The notes under the pieces: model-generated
What the model saw: only the letters and a program-made list of their open reading frames with translations
The model's database searches: none
Told to the model about the DNA's origin: nothing
Assembly: GCA_963726255.1 (NCBI GenBank)
Contig: CAVSBL010000002.1
Span: 128,001-192,000, forward strand
Length of the DNA: 64,000 nucleotides
Direction of reading: 5' to 3'
Source of the DNA: Candidatus Bathyarchaeota archaeon
GTDB taxonomy: Archaea > Thermoproteota > Bathyarchaeia > 40CM-2-53-6
Made by a program: the position numbers and the translations under genes
Shown here: one piece after another, positions 1 to 7,687 of the stretch
Layout: every line of letters begins with the position of its first letter
Numbering within the stretch: position 1 is the first letter of the stretch

Positions 1-307
1 GTATAGGCGAGGTGTTTTCAATCGCAAAGCGCAAAAATTCCACCCACCAGTAGGCTCACCCACGCTCGTCGCCGCAACGCAGGTTTGCAGCACGTGTGGG
101 AATCTTGTGCCGAAAGGCGCATTTTGTGAAAAGTGCGGCGCGCCGTTGGAAATGCCCGCGGCTTCATCAGACGAAAAAGTATTCGATTACATCGTGAAAC
201 ATGAAGGTGTCATATCATTAAGCAAGGCTTCATCCGATCTCGGAATTCCTGTGGGCGAACTCAAGGAAATAACGGAGCGGCTGAAGAGTCAGGGGCGCCT
301 GACCTAA
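1..307 (+). CDS. 3' end of a protein with a C-terminal zinc ribbon and winged-helix-like domain (5' part outside window)
   Basis: Frame is open from the window edge; CSTC...CEKC zinc ribbon followed by DEKVFDYIVKHEGVISLSKASSDLGI...LKSQGRL helix-turn-helix pattern; TAA at 305-307. Confidence 0.7.
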   Translation, partial: YRRGVFNRKAQKFHPPVGSPTLVAATQVCSTCGNLVPKGAFCEKCGAPLEMPAASSDEKVFDYIVKHEGVISLSKASSDLGIPVGELKEITERLKSQGRLT

Positions 308-705
308 AAGAGCGAGAAGGGGGAACGGGCCTGCTGCTCACTCGCAACCGCGTATTGTCCGAGTGGAGCGCCTAGTTTGGGAGCTAATCCCCAGTAACAT
401 TCTGTGCAGAGGCTTAGAGCCCCGTATTGCCTGTTACAGGCTGCGCAAATCGACCTGCCGCATCTTGAACATATGAACGATGATGGGAGCTCAGAGTGAT
501 AGTAGCAGCTTCCCTGTCTTTGGCCCTGTCTTGAAACGTACGTGGACGGAGCGATTGGAGCGACCGGAGTTGGTTTCATGGAGGGAGTTAAGGGCGATCG
601 CACTTCAACCTTCACAGGTGGTCCACGGGAAACCATCGCACCGCATTTGAAACAGTACTTTGCATCCCCAGAGTTGGGTGAGCCGCAAGCCGGACACATC
701 GACAT
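304..705 (-). CDS. Soluble zinc-ribbon + B-box-like zinc finger protein
   Basis: CPAC...CFKC ribbon, Pro-rich linker, CYYH-x8-CSRC-x4-CAAC-x9-CTEC; likely start ATG 705 rather than 738. Confidence 0.75.
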   Translation of the reverse strand: MSMCPACGSPNSGDAKYCFKCGAMVSRGPPVKVEVRSPLTPSMKPTPVAPIAPSTYVSRQGQRQGSCYYHSELPSSFICSRCGRSICAACNRQYGALSLCTECYWGLAPKLGAPLGQYAVASEQQARSPFSLF

Positions 706-861
706 GCTGAAATCCCAACATCCATTGGCATCAAGCATTTCTTAACGGTTGCTTAGGGCGGAAAGGGTTCGTCCATCCCAATTCGGCGTGAAATGTGGCA
801 ATCCATGGGAGTTGGAATGACCCGCGTGCAAAAGTGTGACACGGTTATTACAAAATTCACA

Positions 862-2103
862 CTATGTAAGCCTTAGAATTGATTCGTGAAACTCTCCGTT
901 CTTGTCTTCGCCGAGAACTCTGAGATAGTCCCCCCGGGCGATACCCTTTCCTAGCCTTGAATGCCCGTCAAGTAGTCTTGAACCCTCTGAAGTTTCCGCT
1001 AGGACGTTCAATGTTCCGGCTTTGATTTTGGTGTGATGGCGGATAGTTCCTTCCAAACTCTCCTTCGAACTATGGGCAACCTCGAACGGCAAATCAGCCC
1101 GTTGGGCAGGTTCTCTAGTCGTCCCTTCCTTTCCGCACACGAAGCATTTCTCACCACGTTTCAAGTCAATCGGGGTGTACCGATTATTCTTCAAATCCAT
1201 GAACAAGACAGATCTGAGGGGTTGACCGCTGGTTCCAGGCCATTTTGCGTTCGCCCGGTATTCCTTCATCCCTAGGATCAGCTTGATTGTTTCCTGGGCA
1301 AGTATTGATGAGACCAGTGAAATCGTCGTTGCAAAGGATGGAACGGCCTCCTGCTCCAACGGTGCATCACATGGGTTTCGTAAGCCAACGATCTTAGAGT
1401 ACTGGTTGGGCGGAAACATGCATACAGGGCACGCATCGTCGGGCGGTAGATAGACATGTACTCTACCGTTCAGCCCGGTGATTCCCCCGTCAACTAATGG
1501 GATGGAGTATTTTCTGCAAATCTGAGTTAGGAAAATTCGCGAGACGACATTGTCGAGCCCGCAAACAACTACGTCCGAATCCAAATAGAACTTCAGAGGC
1601 ATCTTCTCGAGGTCGCCCCTGAAGGCAATCGTCTGAACGAAAGGGTATTTTCTGTGGAGGTTTCCTGCCAGAACCTCGGCCTTATTCCGTCCTAGGTCGT
1701 TTTGTTGAAAGAGCACCATGCGGCTAACGTTAGACATTTCGACAATATCCCGGTCTACAATGAAGACTCTGCCGACTCCTAACATGGCTAGGTTCTTGGC
1801 CACCTCGTTCCCGATGGCGCCGGCCCCAGCGAGTAGCACCGATGAATCCCTTATTCTCCGCTGGCCTTCTGGCCCCCAAACGAGCAAGTGTCGCGCCCAA
1901 AGGTAGTCAACGGTCACTTTGCCCTTGATTTTCGACAGTCGGCTTTGTTCCGGGAGGAGTTTGCCGCCTGCCAGCAGATTGGTGAGATCTGGTTCAATGC
2001 CTAGTTTCTTGCAAATTATTTCCTTGACGTCCTTCACCGTCTTGTTTGGGTTCAGCTCCACTTCGAGCTCTTTGTAGGAAGGGAGCGAGGCTCTTATGCG
2101 CAT
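862..2103 (-). CDS. E1-like ubiquitin-activating enzyme (ThiF/UBA) with N-terminal ubiquitin-like domain
   Basis: GAGAIG nucleotide-binding motif, DRDIVEMSNVSR, GLDN, CPVC and CFVC zinc pairs, candidate catalytic Cys in RNPCD; N-terminal TVKDVKEII...LLAGGKLL pattern; ATGA overlap with E2. Confidence 0.92.
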   Translation of the reverse strand: MRIRASLPSYKELEVELNPNKTVKDVKEIICKKLGIEPDLTNLLAGGKLLPEQSRLSKIKGKVTVDYLWARHLLVWGPEGQRRIRDSSVLLAGAGAIGNEVAKNLAMLGVGRVFIVDRDIVEMSNVSRMVLFQQNDLGRNKAEVLAGNLHRKYPFVQTIAFRGDLEKMPLKFYLDSDVVVCGLDNVVSRIFLTQICRKYSIPLVDGGITGLNGRVHVYLPPDDACPVCMFPPNQYSKIVGLRNPCDAPLEQEAVPSFATTISLVSSILAQETIKLILGMKEYRANAKWPGTSGQPLRSVLFMDLKNNRYTPIDLKRGEKCFVCGKEGTTREPAQRADLPFEVAHSSKESLEGTIRHHTKIKAGTLNVLAETSEGSRLLDGHSRLGKGIARGDYLRVLGEDKNGEFHESILRLT

Positions 2104-2696
2104 CAAGAAGACGCTCGTCGTGCCCGTCCAGGGATATCGAACCTAACTATGTCATCTGCGCCTAAAGATTTGGCCAATTCGGGGACAGGGACTACGTTGA
2201 AGCGGACAATATCGTTGGCTTCCTTATTCGTCGGCCTAGCTTTCGTCATCTTGGGAAATCCGTAGGAGCGACAAACGCCTGCTGCTTTGAGCGCCCGGGG
2301 GTTATCAAAAACACTCTGAGGGTTTGGATCCGTCAGAAGGTAATGTAACGCGTTGACGACAGATACGAGTTTCAGCCTGGGGTCCCATTTTTCTCCGAGT
2401 ATTGAAACGCATACGGCATTCGGTATTTTCGGGACTATGTTTGGATGGGCGATTTCCGTAAGCCAGGTAGCCACGGGTGGCTTCAACGGGTATTCTGGGG
2501 GAATATCAAGTCTGAAGCGGTGCCAATTCGTGTAATCCGTGAAGGGCCAGACTCCCTTCTCGGACAGCTTCATGACTTCCCCTTTCTCGCAGCGAATGAG
2601 CCCTTCGAATTGAGTAGGTGGGTCGTCGATGGCAGTGATTGTAGGGAACTGATGGTTGAGCAGGCTCTTTTCCTTCAGCAGCAACGAGACATCCAA
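2103..2696 (-). CDS. E2 ubiquitin-conjugating enzyme (UBC fold)
   Basis: IPPEYPLKPP, HPNI, catalytic Cys in AVCVSIL, W-x-P, LLTDPNP: the canonical UBC signature set. Confidence 0.93.
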   Translation of the reverse strand: MDVSLLLKEKSLLNHQFPTITAIDDPPTQFEGLIRCEKGEVMKLSEKGVWPFTDYTNWHRFRLDIPPEYPLKPPVATWLTEIAHPNIVPKIPNAVCVSILGEKWDPRLKLVSVVNALHYLLTDPNPQSVFDNPRALKAAGVCRSYGFPKMTKARPTNKEANDIVRFNVVPVPELAKSLGADDIVRFDIPGRARRASS

Positions 2697-2707
2697 ATCT
2701 AGCCAGC

Positions 2708-2950
2708 CTACCCGCCGATGATGTTGTATGGCATGAGTGCAAGCTGAGCATTTTCAGGAATGCCTAATCTTGCAACGGTGGTACTCTCGTCTAGTATCGC
2801 GCCTCCATACATGAGAGCCACGGTGCTCGGGTCAACGTTGAACGATTGGCAGACCTGTTGCTTTATTTCCGCAACTGTATGGTCTGGGATTACATCGATC
2901 TCCGCTAGGCCAGTCTGGGGGCCGATGGGCGCTTGGACGAACAGTTTCAT
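2708..2950 (-). CDS. Ubiquitin-like modifier with exposed C-terminal diglycine
   Basis: MKLFV...TVAEIKQQV...LMYGGAILDESTTV...IIGG-stop aligns by eye with ubiquitin; GGAGGTGA 10 nt upstream of ATG 2950. Confidence 0.92.
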   Translation of the reverse strand: MKLFVQAPIGPQTGLAEIDVIPDHTVAEIKQQVCQSFNVDPSTVALMYGGAILDESTTVARLGIPENAQLALMPYNIIGG

Positions 2951-3160
2951 TTGTCGTGTTTCACCTCCACTCATGCTGGGCCTTCATTTTCGCAGATGAG
3001 CTTAAACTGTCTTGCTATGAATCGGTTGGTGCGTGAAGGTAAGGTCCTCGGCCCGGGCGGCTCTTGCTGGGTACATGGGGTGTATTGTGAGGCTGGGAGG
3101 CCGATTTGGTCACCTTCCGTTCCGGAGTCTTCGTGTAGCGTCGTGGTCTTCATATTCATT

Positions 3161-4315
3161 TTATTCAGCCAGCTGCGGTGCGGAACCCTTTGAACCGCGA
3201 ATGATGAGTCCGATTGAAGCGACCTCAATCCACAACAGTATTGATCCGATGGACAGTCTATCAGCAAGACCTGCGTACGGGGCGGAAATCGAGACGAGGC
3301 CGAGGACACCCAGGGTAAGCGCGATTGGTAGCATTACGATACTGAAACGGTCGTAGCCTTTCCAACGTGGGTCGAGACGGAATTGTAGCCAAAAGAGAGC
3401 AATCGCTGCAAGCGAGAAGAATGCAATAATTCCTGTGATGACTAAGTGCAGCATGCCCAATACAGCGAACGGAGGACTGGCGGTATAATCTTGCGGGAAA
3501 AGAAAGAGAACCAGGCCCCCAGCGCCTGCGGCGACTAGGAACGCCGAACCCCAAATGTGTCTGGCTTCTTTCTGGATTCCATAGTATAGACCAACCGCCA
3601 GAAGGATCAAGCAAACATCGTAGAAGGCGAAAAGAGGCACCATTATGACTTGGTTAGGAGCACGTGAAGAGAGAAGAGTACTCACCGTCTCGCTATAGTG
3701 TGAGTACCCAGGCCACAAGAAACCGCCAATCAAGACGGCGGCGATATAGACAATAGGACCAACGGCTCCGAAGATTCCAAGTACGCGTATCCCGGAATTA
3801 GACTGCTTCACTTCGACTGTTGGTATCGCAGCAGGAGGCGCCGCTCTTGCCTCGGGCCGAACCGCCGCCGACCGCACGGTGTAGACTGTAATTCTTTCAC
3901 CAGGTATACGGACGGCTTGCCCACTCGAAGGCTCTACGCGAAAGAAGCCTACATCGCCGGTCGAGGCGTCTACGACCATTCCAGAAATGAGGGTTGAAAA
4001 CTGTTGGAGTACTGATTGCGTGGCGATGTCTGTTTGCGAGAAGAAGAGCCCACCATGGGTGTGTGAGTGGTACCAGCCGACAATATTGCCCTTTATCCGG
4101 CCGGTCACAATTCCGTCCGCAATTTCGGCCAACGCTTTCGATGAGAGGATTGCCCGGTGCGGCTCGGTGGCGGATTCACCAGTGACTGAGTCTTCGATTA
4201 TTATGGTATTGTCTTGAAACCGCCCTATCAGTACGCCGATTATTTCATTCTTAGTCGTGCGCGCAGCCCGGACTATTTTATCGTTAACGGGCTTCGCTAT
4301 GCTCACGTAGGACAA
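3161..4315 (-). CDS. JAMM/MPN+ (Rpn11-like) isopeptidase fused to a DUF998-like multi-pass membrane domain
   Basis: EIIGVLIG and GWYHSHTHGGLFFSQTD (E...HxH-x7-S-x2-D); C-terminal half has about six hydrophobic segments and PGYSHYSETVSTL. Confidence 0.88.
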   Translation of the reverse strand: MSYVSIAKPVNDKIVRAARTTKNEIIGVLIGRFQDNTIIIEDSVTGESATEPHRAILSSKALAEIADGIVTGRIKGNIVGWYHSHTHGGLFFSQTDIATQSVLQQFSTLISGMVVDASTGDVGFFRVEPSSGQAVRIPGERITVYTVRSAAVRPEARAAPPAAIPTVEVKQSNSGIRVLGIFGAVGPIVYIAAVLIGGFLWPGYSHYSETVSTLLSSRAPNQVIMVPLFAFYDVCLILLAVGLYYGIQKEARHIWGSAFLVAAGAGGLVLFLFPQDYTASPPFAVLGMLHLVITGIIAFFSLAAIALFWLQFRLDPRWKGYDRFSIVMLPIALTLGVLGLVSISAPYAGLADRLSIGSILLWIEVASIGLIIRGSKGSAPQLAE

Positions 4316-4370
4316 AGCCTACACCAAGAAACCGGAAGGAGACAAAAAATTGGGAATGATTATTGTGCCG

Positions 4371-5144
4371 CTAGCGTCCTAGCATGCCGAGTATTCCACC
4401 CAGCACGCCCAGAACGAATCCGGCCACGAAGCCACCGCCGATCAACAGGCTCAAGACCGCAAGTGGAAAGACGACTATGCTGCCTATGGTTCCGTATCCT
4501 AGTAGCATCAGTATTGACCCGATTACCAGTATGAGCCCGATTATCGCTCCTATAGCGAACGTCAAACTCGCCGGGCCAACAGCTGGCAACCAGAAGAAGA
4601 CGCCTGTCCATAGAGTGTAGAAGCTCGGTGAAAGCAAAGCTGCTGCGTTAAGTATCACAAGTATACCTGCGATCATTGCTAGTATGAAGCCCCAGAGCGC
4701 TCTCGGGGGAGCAGGTTGGTAAAGCGGGGGCAATGGTCCCATGAAGGGAGCCGGCGCTGCCATTGGGGGTGGACCGTAGGCGGGTTGCATAGGTGGCATT
4801 TGCATCGATGGCATTTGCTGTTGTGGAGCTGCTACCATCGGTACTACGCCTTGGTAACATTGCGGACAGAGTACAAGGTCCATGTAGGCCTTCGAGTCGT
4901 CGCGGCAGATTGCTCTTCCACAACGGTTGCAAACATAGACGGCGGGTAGGTTAGGGTGATAGTAACATTGGCCAGGTGCTGGAACCCTGATCGGGCTGCC
5001 AGGGCTGACAGGTGTTACAACGCGGACTGAAGGGACTGGTTTGAGCATGGGTCCTGCTGCGCCTGCGAGCGATGAGCCACAGCTTGAGCAGAATGCTGCG
5101 TCGTCGCGGTTGTTGTAGCCGCATGCTGGGCATTTTCTGACCAT
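4371..5144 (-). CDS. Zinc-ribbon + B-box-like finger + Pro-rich linker + C-terminal membrane domain protein
   Basis: CPAC...CSSC, CYYH-x8-CNRC-x4-CRDD-x9-CPQC, PPM/PAP-rich linker, 3-4 hydrophobic Gly-rich helices; AGGAGG upstream. Confidence 0.8.
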   Translation of the reverse strand: MVRKCPACGYNNRDDAAFCSSCGSSLAGAAGPMLKPVPSVRVVTPVSPGSPIRVPAPGQCYYHPNLPAVYVCNRCGRAICRDDSKAYMDLVLCPQCYQGVVPMVAAPQQQMPSMQMPPMQPAYGPPPMAAPAPFMGPLPPLYQPAPPRALWGFILAMIAGILVILNAAALLSPSFYTLWTGVFFWLPAVGPASLTFAIGAIIGLILVIGSILMLLGYGTIGSIVVFPLAVLSLLIGGGFVAGFVLGVLGGILGMLGR

Positions 5145-5560
5145 TTTCCTAATTAGCCTCCTTTAGTTAATTTAACTCGGAAATACGCTGCCGTCGTCAA
5201 CGCACTTAAGCGTTTGCTTAACTATTGGCAAATTGGTGAATGATAAAAGCGCAATAATACCATTTTTTAACGCAAAACGTTGTCACTGGGTCTAGAGACC
5301 CCGTTCTCTTGTTACTGGTATACCTGTAATAGGGGTTTTTCACTAATGACACCATGTAGTTCCGTTTAGAACGCTTGTCACTCAGAAGAATGTCCGATCG
5401 CCTAGTCGCCCAGCGAGTTATCCTTCGGAGACAAAGTTCTCAAGAACTGAGTAAGGTTCTATCAACCTTGTCGTTATTCTACACGACTTCTCTTCAGAAA
5501 TGCCGGGTGTCTTCTCAGCACATATTTAGCGAAGTTGTGTATAGGGCAGCCCGCTCGAAG

Positions 5561-5669
5561 GCCCCGGTGGCTCAGCCTGGTAGAAACAAGACAACGCCAA
5601 AAGCGCCGCCTTGGTAACGAACAGACAAAGAGGCGAAGGTCGTGGGTTCAAATCCCGCCCGGGGCTCCA
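5561..5669 (+). tRNA. tRNA-Thr(GGT) with two introns (22/23 at 5584-5601; 37/38 at 5617-5630)
   Basis: Acceptor GCCCCGG/CCGGGGC, T discriminator + CCA, T-arm GTGGG-TTCAAAT-CCCGC, anticodon loop TT-GGT-A|A; BHB helix TGGT/GCCA restores D-stem GAGC; one C27-A43 mismatch. Confidence 0.85.
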
Positions 5670-6583
5670 ACTTCTGTCAGACCGTCAATGGGCCGGATTC
5701 TGACCCATCTGCGACCTTGTTTTTCATAGAGGCGTCTCCATTCGATAGCGGCTCGTCGTGCGTCATATGACTCTAGTAGGCGGAGGGCGACGGACATCTT
5801 CTCGTGCTTTCTTTCCAGTCCGAACCCGATGACTTCACAAAATCGCTTTTGATCCAGCCGGCTCGAAATGGTGAGATGATAACATCGACGTTTGCTCCAC
5901 ATTGGCTTTCGCTTTCTCTCTTGGAAGATTCTTGAACGTATGCCGAACCGCGTTTCTAACAATCCTTGGATGTACACCAAAAGCCAATGCTTAGTGTTGA
6001 CCAGGACGACATAGAGGGCGAGATTACGAACAATCTCAGAGGTGCTAGATGATCTTGTGTAGACTGAAACTACTGGCGAGCCTTCGGCGTCCGCAAATCC
6101 CCTTATGAACTCGGAGGGATAGACACCTGTAGTTTCCCGAATTCTTTGCCAATCTGAGAGGAATTCAAAAAGCAATCTGCTCCAGAATCTAACTACAAAG
6201 AATCCTTTCTTATCGAAGAAGGGCAGCTTCTTTTTTCCCAAGACAACGCTCGCGCAAGTTGCTACAGTTTCGGCGAATTGCCGATCTCTCACCCTCAATC
6301 GCAATTCATAGTGGAATGCACTGCTTTTGATAAGGGCACCATCGCCGAGAAAGGCGCCCGCAACATAGCTCAATGAAGTAGAAGGACGAAGGTCTGGATT
6401 CGTGCAGCTACCAAAAGGGGAGTTTATTCCACGTAACCAATTGTACACAGTGGGACATGGAAGTCCCAGCAGCTTGGCAATCCGAGTGTGATCCATGCCT
6501 CGCTCTCTGTTTAGTTCTAGCACAACCGGGTATGCAGCCACCCTCTCAGCCAGCGAAATCCGCCTGGACGTTTTGACTGGCAT
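5648..6583 (-). CDS. Free-standing double-motif LAGLIDADG endonuclease with N-terminal HTH
   Basis: Motifs YVAGAFLGDG and FIRGFADAEG; HTH pattern HTRIAKLLGLPCPTVYNWL; late TISS...FCEVIGF block typical of DOD endonucleases. Confidence 0.9.
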   Translation of the reverse strand: MPVKTSRRISLAERVAAYPVVLELNRERGMDHTRIAKLLGLPCPTVYNWLRGINSPFGSCTNPDLRPSTSLSYVAGAFLGDGALIKSSAFHYELRLRVRDRQFAETVATCASVVLGKKKLPFFDKKGFFVVRFWSRLLFEFLSDWQRIRETTGVYPSEFIRGFADAEGSPVVSVYTRSSSTSEIVRNLALYVVLVNTKHWLLVYIQGLLETRFGIRSRIFQERKRKPMWSKRRCYHLTISSRLDQKRFCEVIGFGLERKHEKMSVALRLLESYDARRAAIEWRRLYEKQGRRWVRIRPIDGLTEVGAPGGI

Positions 6584-6669
6584 GGATAAATGTCCAGTAG
6601 CTTTGACAGATGTTGCCGGTCATTAGTATGAGAGCTTAGTGAAAGTGTTCTGAGATAATCGCCTGACTT

Positions 6670-6697
6670 GTGGGTTCAATTCCCGCCCGGGGCTCCA
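6670..6697 (+). repeat. Duplicated 3' end of tRNA-Thr(GGT) (att-like site)
   Basis: 28-bp copy of 5642-5669 with one mismatch in the T-loop. Confidence 0.92.
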
Positions 6698-6967
6698 GCT
6701 AAACTCAAACTCAGCGTGTCCAATTACTCGTCGGTAATGTGCGGGGTTTTCGGTTTTTCTTGTGTTCGCGCGGGCTTATGTCATTCGACACCTAACGACA
6801 TGTACCTTGTCTGAACGGTCGGCTGACCTGCTAGGCGCTAACTGCGCGGGCTCGATGGTATCGGAGTCGTTCCACGCTATCGTAGCAGGATGAGAAGAAT
6901 GAGTGGTTATTTGTGATACGAACTCAAAGAAAAGAGTTCGCGAAGACTTGAAGGCTTTCGTCTGTGC

Positions 6968-7057
6968 TTAGTGCGCTGACTTTGCGTGTGCTTCAAGTTC
7001 TTCCCTTGTTTTGAAGAACATTTTGCAAGCAGGGCAAACATATGTTCCTAGAGACAA
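6968..7057 (-). CDS. 29-aa stand-alone C2H2 zinc finger microprotein (below ORF-track cutoff)
   Basis: MSLGTYVCPACKMFFKTREELEAHAKSAH; GGTGAG before TTG; TTTAATATAT TATA-like box at about 7091-7100. Confidence 0.75.
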   Translation of the reverse strand: MSLGTYVCPACKMFFKTREELEAHAKSAH

Positions 7058-7165
7058 TCAACTCACCAGTTGAGAATTACAGGCGCTTGGATATATTAAA
7101 TGGCTTGAATGCTTCAACCCAAGAAAAGGTAGATCAATGGACCGTGCTAGGCCTAACTTGATTTG

Positions 7166-7573
7166 CTAACGAGGCTTCTTTCGCTTGTCGGTGCCGAAGA
7201 GCTCAATCCAGATTCCGTCCGGGTCCTTTACGTAGGCTAATCTCTCGCGGCCATTAGAGAAGGGTGCAACTGCTCTCTTAGCCCCCTTTGCGATGAGCAT
7301 GGCATAAGTTCGGTCAACATCATCGGCCCAGAACCCAATATGGTCCATCTCCGTTCCTGGCCGGTACCGTTCGTAAAACTTGTTCCGGGACGGATAGTAG
7401 TTGAGTTCCAACCTCTGCGCCGATCCGGGCTTCTTGAGGTGGACGAAGACTCCTCCGTGGTGCATAGTTCCCCTGTGAATTACCTTCATGCCCAAGACTT
7501 TCGTGTAGAACCGAAGCGACCGGTTCAGGTTGCTTACTCGAATGCCAAAGTAAACGAAGCGCATAGGTACCAA
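7166..7573 (-). CDS. VOC/glyoxalase family protein
   Basis: GIRVSNLNRSLRFYTKVLGM, LELNYY, DHIGF, DPDGIWIEL. Confidence 0.9.
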   Translation of the reverse strand: MVPMRFVYFGIRVSNLNRSLRFYTKVLGMKVIHRGTMHHGGVFVHLKKPGSAQRLELNYYPSRNKFYERYRPGTEMDHIGFWADDVDRTYAMLIAKGAKRAVAPFSNGRERLAYVKDPDGIWIELFGTDKRKKPR

Positions 7574-7687
7574 CCATTAATTCACCTACTTGGTTATGTA
7601 AGAAGCTTGCCAGCGTGGGACGGTAAATGACGCGCCGGAGGTTTGAAAAGGCGCAAATGAAAGTTGAGGGGCTGAGGGAAGCTTGGC

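Larger units (their letters stand above)
5642..6697. mobile_element. About 1 kb tRNA-integrated element bounded by tRNA 3'-end direct repeats, carrying only a LAGLIDADG gene
   Basis: GTGGGTTCAA(A/T)TCCCGCCCGGGGCTCCA at 5642-5669 and 6670-6697 (27/28 identical). Confidence 0.8.

Noticed and set aside
2971-3356. ORFs between ubiquitin and JAMM as the missing RING E3
   Set aside because: Cys/His spacing does not fit RING and they overlap the JAMM gene
5584-5604. A-rich D-arm of tRNA-Thr(GGT) as G-to-A hypermutation or a pseudogene
   Set aside because: Splicing at the 22/23 BHB restores a normal GAGC D-stem strand
5648-6583. LAGLIDADG gene as an intein or intron-encoded ORF
   Set aside because: No intein splice termini or host protein; it lies antisense and downstream of the tRNA, not within an intron
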